From Rebecca billardiae RCC1528 (taxonomy: Eukaryota; Protista; Haptophyta): DNA of 64,000 bases. The stretch spans positions 124,001-188,000 of the forward strand of contig OZ251247.1 of assembly GCA_965240325.2 (NCBI GenBank). The letters run 5' to 3'. Positions 1-11,146 of this stretch are shown here, piece by piece. Made by a program: the position numbers and the translations under genes. A model generated the notes under the pieces. The model saw nothing but the letters and a program-made list of their open reading frames with translations. It had not been told where the DNA came from and did not search any database. Numbering within the stretch: position 1 is the first letter of the stretch; the number at the start of each line of letters is the position of its first letter.

Positions 1-757
1 CCATTCGAATCGATGGCGCGCTCCGAGCGGCGGGCGTGCGCGCATGACTGCCGCGAGGGGGGCTGCGAGGCGTCGGCCGGCTTGCCAAGGCGGTTCCCTG
101 GGGCGGCGTCACCCTCCCCCGCCCCTCCTCGCCCACCCTCGCCCCACGGGCGGCCACACGTGACCTGTTAAGATGAGGTCACGGGGGCCGCGCGGCACGC
201 GCGCGGAGAGGCGAGGAAGTGGTGTTTCGCGGAAAAACGCAACGTCGCATTGTGCTCAACCCATGTGGGCACCCGCTCCACAAGTTTGCGGTACGCCAAA
301 CCGCACACAGCGGCCTGAGCAGCTCCCAGACTGACTTTCGCTCTTGAAGCCTGTTTTGGGGCCAGATCTTGGTGTGGATGTAGCGCGGCGAGGAGGCGCC
401 GGGCGCGCGCCCGAGCTGCGTGCTGCCACTCGTCATGACCCATAGACATCGTCCGTCGCGAACGACCCGGCTCGCCTCGACCTCTCCGACCCGCCGGGCA
501 GCCACGACCGAGCGCGCAGCCAACGGTGTCCAAACAGAGGCTTCTCAGACCGCGTGGGATGGGCATAGGCGCGAGAGAGGGCGCCCAGCGCGCTCTTGAG
601 ATGCACAGGAGCACGCACTGATGCGTATGGAACCATCCCATCACGATCGCCCCGACCTGGCGCGCCCTATCTGGCCCGTCAGGCTGCCCGCGCCGCCGCC
701 GCCGCGCCACGCCGCCGCCCAGGGGCGCCGCCGCACCGCGGGCACATGGGTAAGTCC

Positions 758-1053
758 GTATTCAACAAATACAGAATTTCCGGTGCGGCCCTCTTTTGGG
801 CGGCAAGGTCGGTCTGGTCGACACCTGCCGCGCGGCATGGGCCACGGCGCGGCGAGGTGGCGGCTGGCGCACCGCGGCGTGGGCGGGATGGCTCGAGGAC
901 ACCACCGCCCCGCCTCCCACGCCGCGCCGTGCGCGTGCGCCGTGCTCTCGTCGCGTACCGATTTTCCTGCGGCGAGCGACGTCCAACAGCGCGACCATGC
1001 CATCGCGCGACGAGGTGCGTTCAGCTCGGCGATTTGTCGTATTTGTTGAATAC
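758..1053. mobile_element. Possible small MITE (15-bp inverted repeats)
   Basis: GTATTCAACAAATAC at 758-772 and its exact reverse complement at 1039-1053. No clear target-site duplication. Confidence 0.35.
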
Positions 1054-2035
1054 ATGCGGGTACGAATCGACCGCAAGGAGCGGCAAGGACGCCCTCGACG
1101 CACACGTCGAGAGCCACGCGCGCGGCGTGGACTGGCACGCGACGCGGAGATGGCGGGCGCGGTGCCGCGGGCGCGCGACTGGTCTAGAACATCCCAATGA
1201 AGCACGGGACGGCGCTGCGCGCCTGTGCTCGCCGCCATCTCCTCGCAGGCGAAAATATCTGTGCACCCTTCTGTGTGGCTAGTCGACCGGCCGGCACGCG
1301 GCACGCGAGCAGTGTGTGTGGGGAGGAGTGTGACATGGCAGGCTGTGGCGAGGTGGATGGCCGTGCAGGTATACGCTAGGAAGGGCCGCTCCCGCGCTCG
1401 CGCGGTGCCTCGCGCACGCCTCGTCGAGGACGAGCGTGTTTGAATGGCTCCGGAGCCAAGGCTTACGATCGCTCGTTGATGGGCAGCGCGCGACACGTGC
1501 ACACGACGAAGGTGACGACCAGGCACTCCGGCGAGGGCGGCTGTGCTGGTAGCAGACTGCATTCGGAGTAAGATGCGCCATCTTACGCGCCGCTTCGCCT
1601 CGCTGCATCGCCGCACTGAGCAGCAGGGCTCCACGCTCACGAATGGCTCACCACGAGCTACGTGACCGCGGCCAGCCGCGTGCCAACCCGGCGAGGCAGA
1701 GAGGGGCGGAGGGATGGGGAGGCTGGGTGGGATGTTGCAGTCCCATGCCCGGGGCACTCGCCAGGCGCCTGCGCGACCACCGTAGCGTCGTCTGTGCGCT
1801 CGTGCGGCCCGCGCGAGAAATTCCCCGAAAATCGGCTCGTGTCGGACGGGTTACGGTAACGATAATCCCGTTTTTGTTCACTCGCCTGCCTGAGCTGTGT
1901 GCGTCTCTTATTCTTAGTAAACTGTAGTGTCAATGAATCATCGTCGTGCGCGCGCATCAGCCTCTGCTCCGTCTGGCAGCTCACGCTGCGCTCGGGCTGA
2001 CCGTACTCATCACGGCTCCGTCATCGCAACACTCA

Positions 2036-3550
2036 TCACTGATGCAACGCGGAGCAGTTGGACGCCGGCAGAGGGTGCTGCGTCAGCATACGCGAGCACG
2101 CCGCCTCGACGCGCGCGGGCGTGTCAATCCGCTGGGTGGGCTCGTCTTGCTCGGCCACGCTCATGCCGAGGCCGAGCGCGGCCGAGCGCTCACCGCACGC
2201 GTGCACGCTGCCTTCCGCACTCACAAACAGCGAGTGGGAGTCGCCCATGGCACATCGCACCACACAGGAAGGGCCGAGGGCAGCCACGCGCGACGGGGCG
2301 CCATGCCCACTCTCTCCAGCCCCCAGCCCCAGCTGGCCGTAGCTGTTGTCCCCAAACGTGTGCACGCTGCCGTCAGCACCCAGCACCGCGCTGCTCTCTG
2401 AGCCTGCACACGCGCGCACGATGCGCACACCCGCGAGGGAGTCGATCCGCCTCGGCGTGAGCTGCTCGCGCGTGTCTGCGTGCCCGTGCGAGCCATTCGC
2501 ACCATACCCAAACGAGTGCACCGCCCCGTCGCTGTCCACCACCAGGCTGTGCGCAGCGCCCGCGCTCACGTGCACGGCGCGCACGCCCGCGAGCGCCTCG
2601 ATGCGCCTCGGCGTGTGCTGAACCTCCTGGTCGCCGTGGCCGAGACGGCCAAACTGGGCACGGCCGCACGAGTAGACGGCGCCGTGCGCAGAGAGGAGCA
2701 GCGTGTGATCACCGCCCGCGGCCACGCCGCCCACGCGCACGCCGTCCAGCGCCTCGATGCGCGTCGGCTCCCACCGCTGCTTGGTGTCGCCGTGGCCGAG
2801 CTGGCCGCAGTTGTTGCCGCCCCAGCTGTACGCGCACCCAGCGGCGGTGAGCGCGAGGCTGTGGCGCGCGCCGGCCGAGATGCCCACGACACAAGCAGCA
2901 CGTAGGCGATCGATCAGCGCGAAGTACCGCCGCTCCTCCGTGTCCCTCAGCCCGAGCTGGCCGGAGCCGTTGCAGCCGCAGCCGTACACGGCGCCGGCGT
3001 CGCTCAGCGCGAGCAGGTGGTCCCAGCCAGCGGCCACAGCGGCTACGCGCACCGCGGAGAGCGAGGGCACGCGCGTCGGCACGCGCACTGCCGGCAAACC
3101 CGAGTGGCCGATGGCCACGTGCGCGCGGTACCCGCCCATCCGCCGCCCGTACTTGTCCCGCACCTTCTCCTCGCCGCACGTGTGCAGCCCGCCCTCCGCG
3201 TCCACAAACGCGCTGAAGCCGTTGCCGGCGGCCACGGGAGGCGAGTGCGCGCGTGCGAGCACGAGCACGCGTTCACGCGCGAAGAGCTCCTCCGCCCAGC
3301 TGCGCACGCCCGCCGGCAGCGACGCCGGCAGCGCGCGCGCGTGCCCCCGCGCGCGCGCGCGCTCGCGCAGCGCGCGCTCGACCGCCGAGCACCCGCCGGG
3401 CGGCGCGGCGTGGAAGAGGCGCGCGGTGGCGTTCAGGCTGGCGAGGTTACCGGGCGGCAGGAGCGAGATGATGCGGTCGAGCACCTCTGACGGCAGGTCG
3501 ACGAGCGCGCGCGTCGGTTGCGCGGCGCCGCCCATCTCGTCGGTGGCCAT
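2036..3550 (-). CDS. F-box + RCC1-repeat protein FR1 (altered C-terminus)
   Basis: LVDLPSEVLDRIISLLP F-box motif followed by RCC1 repeats (AGxxH / YxxGxNxxGQLG). Intronless. A small deletion near the end replaces the usual ...WRARVC*. Confidence 0.9.
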   Translation of the reverse strand: MATDEMGGAAQPTRALVDLPSEVLDRIISLLPPGNLASLNATARLFHAAPPGGCSAVERALRERARARGHARALPASLPAGVRSWAEELFARERVLVLARAHSPPVAAGNGFSAFVDAEGGLHTCGEEKVRDKYGRRMGGYRAHVAIGHSGLPAVRVPTRVPSLSAVRVAAVAAGWDHLLALSDAGAVYGCGCNGSGQLGLRDTEERRYFALIDRLRAACVVGISAGARHSLALTAAGCAYSWGGNNCGQLGHGDTKQRWEPTRIEALDGVRVGGVAAGGDHTLLLSAHGAVYSCGRAQFGRLGHGDQEVQHTPRRIEALAGVRAVHVSAGAAHSLVVDSDGAVHSFGYGANGSHGHADTREQLTPRRIDSLAGVRIVRACAGSESSAVLGADGSVHTFGDNSYGQLGLGAGESGHGAPSRVAALGPSCVVRCAMGDSHSLFVSAEGSVHACGERSAALGLGMSVAEQDEPTQRIDTPARVEAACSRMLTQHPLPASNCSALHQ

Positions 3551-3913
3551 CCCGCCGTTCGCGCTGCTCGCGCCCGGGGCCGATGATTGTGTGCAACACG
3601 GACGTCAGTACCCCCATACGTCACGGTTGGCGACAGTTGCCAGTAGTTGCTGATGCTGTCGGGTCAGGTTGGTTGTCTCACTGATGTGTGCGCAGCCGCT
3701 GCTGCTGCCACTTTCGGCTCTGCTTAGTCTCGCTACCACCGCTATCACTCATCACTGCGCATCGTCTGAAGTCGTCAGTCCGACTACGCCGACTCCGAAC
3801 CGTACAGTACTGCTCAGTAGCTACGCGGAGCAGTCTGCTGATGGCAACTTGGGCCCTTGAGTCTCAGACTCTCAGCAGTCTGGACGCCGGCAGACTGGCG
3901 GCAGAGGCGCGTG

Positions 3914-5389
3914 TCAGCGCACACGCACACGCAACGCCGTCTCGATGAACGCGGGCGTGGCTATCCGCCGGGTGGGCTCGCCTGGCTCGGCCATGCACAG
4001 TCCGAGGCCGAGCGCAGCCGAGCGCTTGCCGCACGCGTACACGTTGCCGTCCGCACTCACAAACAGCGAGTGGGAGTGGCCCATGGCACAGTGCTCCACG
4101 CGGGCTTGGGCGAGGGCATCCACTGACACGCGTGCCGGAGGTGCGTGGGCCGTCTCTCCGCGCCCCAGCCCGAGCTGGCCGTCCTCGTTGTTCCCAAACG
4201 CGTGCACGCTGCCGTTCGCGCCCACCACCGCGCTGCCGTCCAGGCCAGCGCACGAGCGCACGGCGTGCGATGCAGCGAGCGCCTTGACGCGTTTGGGCGT
4301 GAGCCTATCGCGCCGGCCACCGTGCCCGAGCCTCCCATCGAGCCCACGCCCGAACGAGTGCACCCCACCCTGCGCGCCCACCACCAGGCTGTGCGCGTAG
4401 CCTGCGCTCACGTGCACGGCGCGCACGCCCGCGAGCGCCTCGATGCGCCTCGGCGTGTGCTGATCCTGCCCGTCGCCGTGGCCGAGCCGGCCAGAAGAGC
4501 CCCGGCCGCACGAGTAGACGGCGCCTTGTGCAGAGAGCAGTAGCGTGTGGTCAGCGCCCACCGCCACGCCGCCTACGCGCACGCCGTCCAGCGCCTCGAT
4601 GCGCGTCGGCTCCGACCGCCGCTCCGTGTCGCCGTGGCCGAGCTGGCCGTTAACGTTCCAGCCCCAGCTGTACGCGCACCCAGCGGCGCTGAGCGCGAGG
4701 CTGTGCTTGCTTCCAGCGGCAATGCCCACCACCACGACGTCGGCCAGCGCCGCAACCAGGATGAACTCGCGCCGGACCTTGCCGCCGCCCAGCCCGAGCT
4801 GGCCGTGGACGTTCATGCCGCAGCCGTACACGGCGCCGGCCTCGCTCAGCGCGAGCAGGTGGTGCTCGCCAGCGGCCACTGCGCGCACGCGCACCGCACA
4901 GAGCGAGGCCACGCGGGTCGGCACGCGCACTGCCTGCGCGCCCGAGTGGCCGATAGCCACGTGCGCTCGAAACGGGCGACGCCCGTGCTGGTCCCGCCCC
5001 ACCTCCGCCTCCTCGCCGCACGTGTGCAGCCCGCCCTCCGCGTCCACAAACGCGCTGAAGCCGTAGCCGGCCGCGACCGGAGGCGAGTGCGCGTGCGCGA
5101 GCTCGAGCACGCCCTCGCGCAGGAGCAGCTCCGCCGTCCAACTGCGCACGCCCGAGGGCAGCGATGCCGGCAGCGCGCGCTCGTGCCCGCGCGCGCGCGC
5201 GCGCTCGCGCAGCGCGCGCTCGACCGGCGAGCAGCCGCCGGGCGGCGCGGCGTGGAAGAGGCGCGCGGTGGCGTTCAGGCTGGCGAGGTCGGGCAGCGGC
5301 AGGGGCGAGATGATGCGTCCGAGCACGTCTGGCGGCAGGTCGTCGAGCGCGAGGCGCGGCGTGCGCGCCCGATGTGCCGTGCTGGCCAT
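3914..5389 (-). CDS. F-box + RCC1-repeat protein FR2
   Basis: Start placed at MASTAH (ATG 5389) by homology to paralogs. F-box LDDLPPDVLGRII followed by RCC1 repeats. Confidence 0.9.
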   Translation of the reverse strand: MASTAHRARTPRLALDDLPPDVLGRIISPLPLPDLASLNATARLFHAAPPGGCSPVERALRERARARGHERALPASLPSGVRSWTAELLLREGVLELAHAHSPPVAAGYGFSAFVDAEGGLHTCGEEAEVGRDQHGRRPFRAHVAIGHSGAQAVRVPTRVASLCAVRVRAVAAGEHHLLALSEAGAVYGCGMNVHGQLGLGGGKVRREFILVAALADVVVVGIAAGSKHSLALSAAGCAYSWGWNVNGQLGHGDTERRSEPTRIEALDGVRVGGVAVGADHTLLLSAQGAVYSCGRGSSGRLGHGDGQDQHTPRRIEALAGVRAVHVSAGYAHSLVVGAQGGVHSFGRGLDGRLGHGGRRDRLTPKRVKALAASHAVRSCAGLDGSAVVGANGSVHAFGNNEDGQLGLGRGETAHAPPARVSVDALAQARVEHCAMGHSHSLFVSADGNVYACGKRSAALGLGLCMAEPGEPTRRIATPAFIETALRVRVR

Positions 5390-5628
5390 CGCTCCCCGCT
5401 CACGAAGGACGACTGTCGTCGGCGCGCGCGGCCGCTGTTGGAAGCTGGGCAGCCGCCCGCTCCAACCGTCGGTCCGACCACTACATCGTACTTCGTAGTT
5501 TCGTCTACCCCCATATATTTGCGTACTGTACATACTAGTACTACGACTCAGACTCAATCACTCAGACACTCATCAGACACTCATCAGACACTCAGACTCA
5601 GATGCGACTTCACCGGGCGCGCACGATG

Positions 5629-7101
5629 TCAGCAGACACGCGCGCGCCACGCCGTCTCGACGCACGCGGGCGTGGGGATCGGTGGGCCGGACTCGTCTTG
5701 CTCAATGCCATCATACTCGCTCAGCCCGAGGCCGAGCGCAGCCGAGCGCATGCCGCAGGCGTACACGCTGCCGTCCGCACTCACAAACAGCGCGTGGGAG
5801 TCGCCCATGGCGCAGCGCACCACACGGAGAAGAGCCAGGGCAGCCACGCGCGACGGGACGGCATGCCTCGTCTCTTCGGACCCCAGCCCGAGCACGCCGT
5901 CGTCGTTGCCCCCGAACGTGTGCACGCTGCCGTCCGCGCCCAGCACCGCGCTGCTGAGTGCGCCAGCGCACGCGCGCACGATGCGCACAGCGGCGAGGGC
6001 GTCAATCCGCCTCGGCGTGGGCTGCTCGGGCGTGGCTGCGTGCCCGAGCGAGCCATCCTCACCATACCCAAACGAGTGCACCGCTCCCTCGCTGTCCACC
6101 ACCAGGCTGTGCGCACCGCCCGCGCTCACGTGCACGGCGCGCACGCCCGCGAGCGCCTCGATGCGCTGCGGCGTGAGCCGAGGCTCCTCGTCGCCGTGGC
6201 CGAGCTGGCCGCCGTTGCCGCGGCTGCACGAGTAGACGATGCCGCACACCGATAGAAGCAGCGTGTGCACATGCCCAGCCACCACTCCGCCCACGCGCAC
6301 GCCGTCCAGCGCCTCGATGCGCGTCGGCTGCCGCCGCTCCTGCGTGTCTCCCAGCCCCAGCTGGCCGTACCGGTTGAGGCCCCAGCTGTACGCACGGCCG
6401 GCTGCACTGAGCGCGCAGCTGTGAGCGCTTCCAGCGGTGATCGCCACAACCACGACACCGAGCAGCGCCGCGACAGGCTCGCACTCGCGCCGCTCCTCCT
6501 TGTCCCCCAGCCCCAGCTGGCCGTACTCGTTCTTGCCGCAGCCGTACACGGCGCCGGCCTCGCTCAGCGCGAGCAGGTGCTCATAGCCAGCGGCCACCGC
6601 GACCACGCGCGTAGCAGCGAGCGAGGCGACGTGCGTCGGCACGCGCACTGCCGACAAGCCCGAATGGCTGATGGCCGCGTGCGCTCGATACGTCCAACTG
6701 TCCTCGTCCTCCTCCCCCTCCTCACCGCACGCGTGCAGCCCGCCCTCCGCGTCCACAAACGCGCTGAAGCGACCGCCGCACACGACCGGGGATGCGTGCG
6801 CGCGTGCGAGCTCGATCACGCGCTCGCGCGCGAACAGCTCCTCCGTCCACGTGCGCACGTCGGAGGGCAGCGACGCCAGCAGCGCGCGCTCGTGCGCGCG
6901 CGCGCGCGCGCGCTCGCGCAGCGCGCGCTCGACCGCCGAGCACCCGCCGGGCGGCGCGGCGTGGAAGAGGCGCGCGGTGGCGTTCAGGCTGGCGAGGTCG
7001 TGTGGCGGCAGGAGCGAGACGACGCGGTCGAGCACCTCTGACGGCAGGTCGACGAGCGCGCGCGTCGGTTGCGCGCTGCCGCCCATCTCGTCGGTGGCCA
7101 T
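5629..7101 (-). CDS. F-box + RCC1-repeat protein FR3
   Basis: MATDEMGG start at 7101; F-box and RCC1 repeats; ends ETAWRARVC*. Confidence 0.9.
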   Translation of the reverse strand: MATDEMGGSAQPTRALVDLPSEVLDRVVSLLPPHDLASLNATARLFHAAPPGGCSAVERALRERARARAHERALLASLPSDVRTWTEELFARERVIELARAHASPVVCGGRFSAFVDAEGGLHACGEEGEEDEDSWTYRAHAAISHSGLSAVRVPTHVASLAATRVVAVAAGYEHLLALSEAGAVYGCGKNEYGQLGLGDKEERRECEPVAALLGVVVVAITAGSAHSCALSAAGRAYSWGLNRYGQLGLGDTQERRQPTRIEALDGVRVGGVVAGHVHTLLLSVCGIVYSCSRGNGGQLGHGDEEPRLTPQRIEALAGVRAVHVSAGGAHSLVVDSEGAVHSFGYGEDGSLGHAATPEQPTPRRIDALAAVRIVRACAGALSSAVLGADGSVHTFGGNDDGVLGLGSEETRHAVPSRVAALALLRVVRCAMGDSHALFVSADGSVYACGMRSAALGLGLSEYDGIEQDESGPPIPTPACVETAWRARVC

Positions 7102-7324
7102 CGTGCGGCGCCGATGATCGTACCCGCATACGGGCGTCAATCTCGCCTGCCTGAGCTGTGTGCGTCTCTTATTCTTAGTAAACTGCTGTACCGATTACCG
7201 CGCCGCGCCTCTGCTGTTCCCCACTTCCCAAAGCGCTGCAACGAAATAAACGTAGTAAGCATCAGGAGCGATTGAGACCCAGCTGCTCGGGCTGCTGGCC
7301 CTCGCCCCTCGGCGGCAGGCGGCG

Positions 7325-8806
7325 TCAGCAGACGCGCGCACGCCACGCCGCCTCGACGCACGTGGGCGTGCCAATCCGCTGGGTGGGCTCGTCTTGCTCG
7401 GCAGCGCTCATGCCGAGGCCCAGCGCAGCCGAGCGCTTGCCGCACGCGTACACGCTGCCGTCCGCACTCACAAACAGCGAGTGGGCATCGCCCATGGCAC
7501 AGTGCACCACACAGGAAGGGGCGAGGGCACGCACGCGCGTGGGAATCTTGGTAGCCGCTTGCCCGCGCAGCCCGAGCATGCCGGCCCTGTTGTCCCCGAA
7601 CGTGTGCACGCTGCCGTCTGCGCCCAGCACCGCGCTGCTGCATGCGCCAGCGCATGCGCGCACGGCGCGCACGCCGGTGAGGGCGTCAATCCGCCTCGGC
7701 GTGGGCTGCTGGAGCGGCTGGAACGTGGCTCCATACCCGAGCCCGCCAACCTCACCATACCCGAACGAGTACACCGCCCCCTCGCTGTCCACCACCAGGC
7801 TGTGCTCACAGCACGCGCTCACGTGCACGGCGCGCACGCGCGCAAGCGCCTCGATGCGCCTCGGCGTGCGCTGATCCCGCTGGTCGCCGTGGCCGAGACG
7901 GCCAAACTGGCCATCGCCGCACGAGAAGACGGCGCCGTGCGCCGAGAGCAGCAGCGTGTGAGCGCCTCCCGCAGCCACCCCGCCCACGCGCACGCCGTCC
8001 AGCGCCGCGATGCGCGTCGGCTCACACCGGCCCTTCCTGTCGCCGTGGCCGAGCTGGCCGTCACTGTTGTAGCCCCAGCTGTACGCGCACCCAGCGGCGC
8101 TGAGCGCGAGGCTGTGGTAGCCGCCAGCGGAGATGCACACCACCACGACGTCGGCCAGCGCCGCGACCGGAACGAACTCGCGCCGCATCTTGCCACCGCC
8201 CAGACCGAGCTGGCCGCACACGTTCTTGCCGCAGCCGTACACAGCGCCGACCTCGCTCAGCGCGAGCAGGTGGCCAATGCCAGCGGCCACGGAGCACACG
8301 CGCACCGCGCTGAGGGAGGCGACGTGCGTCGGCACGCGCACTGCCTGCATGTCCGAGTGGCCAATGGCCACGTGCGCTCGATACTCGCCCGTCAGACGTC
8401 GGAACTCGTCCAGCACCGCCTCCTCGCCGCACGTGTGCAGCCCGCCCACCGCGTCCACAAACGCGCTGAAGTTGTCGATGCCGTCTGCGCCGGCCGCCAC
8501 GGGAGGCGAGTGCGAGCATGCGAGCTCGAGGAGGCGATCACGCAACAACAGCTCCTCCGTCCACGTGCGCACGCCCGAAGGCAGCGACGCCGGCAGCGTG
8601 CGCTCGTGCCCGCGCGCGCGCGCGCGCTCGCGCAGCGCGCGCTCGACCGGCGAGCGGCCGCCGGGCGGCGCGGCGTGGAAGAGGCGCGCGGTGGCGTTCA
8701 GGCTGGCGAGGTCGCGCGACGGCAAGCATAGGATGATGCGGGCGAGCACTTCCGGGGGCAGGTCGTCGAGCGCGAGGGGCGGCGTGCGCGTCCGTGCCGT
8801 GGCCAT
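7325..8806 (-). CDS. F-box + RCC1-repeat protein FR4
   Basis: 493-aa ORF, MATARTRTPP type, with F-box and RCC1 repeats. Confidence 0.9.
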   Translation of the reverse strand: MATARTRTPPLALDDLPPEVLARIILCLPSRDLASLNATARLFHAAPPGGRSPVERALRERARARGHERTLPASLPSGVRTWTEELLLRDRLLELACSHSPPVAAGADGIDNFSAFVDAVGGLHTCGEEAVLDEFRRLTGEYRAHVAIGHSDMQAVRVPTHVASLSAVRVCSVAAGIGHLLALSEVGAVYGCGKNVCGQLGLGGGKMRREFVPVAALADVVVVCISAGGYHSLALSAAGCAYSWGYNSDGQLGHGDRKGRCEPTRIAALDGVRVGGVAAGGAHTLLLSAHGAVFSCGDGQFGRLGHGDQRDQRTPRRIEALARVRAVHVSACCEHSLVVDSEGAVYSFGYGEVGGLGYGATFQPLQQPTPRRIDALTGVRAVRACAGACSSAVLGADGSVHTFGDNRAGMLGLRGQAATKIPTRVRALAPSCVVHCAMGDAHSLFVSADGSVYACGKRSAALGLGMSAAEQDEPTQRIGTPTCVEAAWRARVC

Positions 8807-9685
8807 CGAGCCGAGCGCGAGAGAAGACGCGAGGGGAAGGGCCGAGCGGAGGGCGGTGCGCGGCGGAGGACAGAGCCTGGACAGTCCGACAGTGGCAAAC
8901 CGTCTCCGATCGAGTCACAGCGAGGGTGCTGACGAGCTGCGTCAGCTCCTGGCCACTGCCAGCAAGGTTGGTACTGTCACTTGTCAGTTCCTGCTGACGC
9001 CGGCTGACTACGCGCATTGATGCCGCGCATATCACTGCTACTGCGCTCGTCTGCGACTTGTGAGCAGTGTCCGGCGCAGTTGATCACTGGCGGGCCGGTC
9101 GTGAACACCGTTGGTAACACGGGGACGGCGTCCGCGGCAGAGCAGACCGGCCGCGCCTTAGGAGTCGCCACTCGGAGTCAGTGACGACGGACGACCCGGA
9201 TGATGAATGACGCCTGCATAGTGCATGGCTGGCTCTGGCCGACACCAGCTCGGCTGCTCACGGCACGCAGTCGGCACTGCGGCCGCGACTGCGACGGCCG
9301 CCGGGCAGCGCTGCTCAGAGCGCACGTACACGCCGCACTGCGCATCGGACTCGGCAGTCCGGACTCGGCGCCTGCAGGCAGGACTCAGCCGCGCGGCGCA
9401 CGTGCCGTCGCGCCGGCTAGCCCACCGCCCCCCCTCCCACCCGCCCCCCGCCGGCAGGGCCCAGGGCGGCACGCGCGGCTTTCGTGCCGCAGCCCTCACC
9501 GCCCGGAGACGCGCGCTGTTGCCCCCTCCGCTGCCCGTGCCGTGCGCACCCGTGCCGCGCCCAGTGCGCCTGGCATGCAGCAGCACCTCCCCTCCTCCCC
9601 CCCCCGCACACCTCCACACTCCCCGCCGCAGGCAGGCCCGCAGCTGCTCCGGCTGCCTGCCCTCGCCCCTCGGAGGCAGGCGGAG
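8807..9685. repeat. Conserved intergenic unit of the array (representative copy): upstream region of the left gene plus 3' flank of the right gene
   Basis: Homologous spacers, with varying promoter-proximal parts, recur at 11147-12240, 13705-14475, 15934-17652, 19117-19990, 21455-22324, 23786-24879, 26326-27223, 35123-36019, 37466-39389 and 40839-42233. Repeat period is about 2.2-2.6 kb where there is no insertion. Confidence 0.85.
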
Positions 9686-11146
9686 TCAGCAGACGCGCGC
9701 ACGCCACGCCGTCTCGACGCACGTGGGCGTGTCAATCCACCAGGTGGGCTCGTCTTGCTCGGCCTCGCTCATGCCGAGGCCGAGCGCAGCCGAGCGCTTG
9801 CCGCACGAGTGCACGCTGCCGTCCGCACTCACAAACAGCGAGTGGGAGTGGCCCATGGCACAGTGCACCACGCGCACGTGGGCGAGGGCACTTACGCGCG
9901 TGGGCAGCGGCGATTCGCCAAGGCCATCGTGCCCCAGCTGGCTGTCCTTGTTGTCCCCGAACGTGTGCACACTGCCGTCCGCGCCCAGCACCGCGCTGCT
10001 GAGTGCGCCAGCACGGGCGCTGACCGCGCGCACGCCCGCCAAGGCCTCTATGCGCTTGGGCGACAGAGACCACGCCCGGTCACCATGGCAGGGGCAGCCT
10101 CCGTACCCCTCTCCAAACCAGCGCACGCCACCCTCCGCGTCCACCACCAGGCTTTGCATGCGGCCCGCGCTCACGTGCACGGCGCGCACGCCCGCTAGCG
10201 CCTCGATGCGCCTCGGCGTGTGCTGATCCTGATAGTTGCCGTGGCCGAGCTGGCCTTGGAAGCCGTAACCGCACGAGTAGACGGCGCCATGCGCAGAGAG
10301 CAGTAGCGTGTGGTCACCACCCGCGGCCACGCCACCCACGCGCACGCCGTCCAGCGCCTCGATGCGCCTCGGCGTGAGCTGAGCCTGCCTGTCGCAGTGG
10401 CCAAGACGGCCGCAGCCGTTGGCGCCCCAGCTGTACGCGCAGCCCGCGGCGGTGAGCGCGAGGCTGTGGTAGCCGCCCGCGGCGATCGCGACGACGAGCT
10501 CACTCGCGGGTAGCTTGACGAGCGCGAATGAGCGCCGCTCCTCCGAGTCCCCCAGCCCCAGCTGGCCGAAGTCGTTGCCGCCGCAGCCGTACACCGTCCC
10601 AGCATCGCTCAGCGCGAGCAGGTGCCAGCTGCCAGCGGCCACGGCGACCACGCGCACACCGCTGAGGGAGGCGACGTGCGTCGGCACACGCACGGCCGGC
10701 GCATCGTGGTGGCCGGCTGCAAAGTGCGCTCGATACTCCCCCGTTCCGTTCCCGCGCTCGTCCAGCACCTCCTCCTCGCCGCACGTGTGCAGCCCGCCCT
10801 CCGCGTCCACAAACGCGCTGAAACGGAGGCCGGCCGCCACGGGAGATGCGTGCGCGCATGCGAGCGCGAGCACACGCTCGCGCACGATCAGCTCCTCCGT
10901 CCACGTGCGCACGCCCGAGGGCAGCGCCGCCGGCAGCGTGCGCTCGTGCCCCCGCGCGCGTGCACGCTCGCGCAGCGCGCGCTCGACCGCCGAGCGCCCG
11001 CCGGGCGGCGCGGCGTGGAAGACGCGCGCGGTGGCGTTCAGGCTGGCGAGATCGCGCAGCCGCAGGAGTGACGTGATGCGGTCGAGCACCTCTGACGGCA
11101 GGTCGTCGAACCCGGGGCGCGGTGCGTGCGTCCGTGCCGTGGCCAT
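9686..11146 (-). CDS. F-box + RCC1-repeat protein FR5
   Basis: MATARTHAPRPGFDDLPSEVLDRI start at 11146; RCC1 repeats; near-identical to FR10. Confidence 0.9.
   Translation of the reverse strand: MATARTHAPRPGFDDLPSEVLDRITSLLRLRDLASLNATARVFHAAPPGGRSAVERALRERARARGHERTLPAALPSGVRTWTEELIVRERVLALACAHASPVAAGLRFSAFVDAEGGLHTCGEEEVLDERGNGTGEYRAHFAAGHHDAPAVRVPTHVASLSGVRVVAVAAGSWHLLALSDAGTVYGCGGNDFGQLGLGDSEERRSFALVKLPASELVVAIAAGGYHSLALTAAGCAYSWGANGCGRLGHCDRQAQLTPRRIEALDGVRVGGVAAGGDHTLLLSAHGAVYSCGYGFQGQLGHGNYQDQHTPRRIEALAGVRAVHVSAGRMQSLVVDAEGGVRWFGEGYGGCPCHGDRAWSLSPKRIEALAGVRAVSARAGALSSAVLGADGSVHTFGDNKDSQLGHDGLGESPLPTRVSALAHVRVVHCAMGHSHSLFVSADGSVHSCGKRSAALGLGMSEAEQDEPTWWIDTPTCVETAWRARVC

Noticed and set aside
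1-1870. Protein-coding gene at the left end
   Set aside because: No recognisable domain or consistent exon structure was found; the region is probably intergenic or TE-derived.
5629-5660. Terminal ...RARVC as a prenylation signal
   Set aside because: The Cys is the last residue, so it fits neither CaaX nor CC/CxC, and it is lost in FR1, FR2, FR14 and FR18.
9200-9685. A small conserved gene within the spacer
   Set aside because: Spacer copies differ by frequent 1-2 bp indels and share no consistent reading frame.
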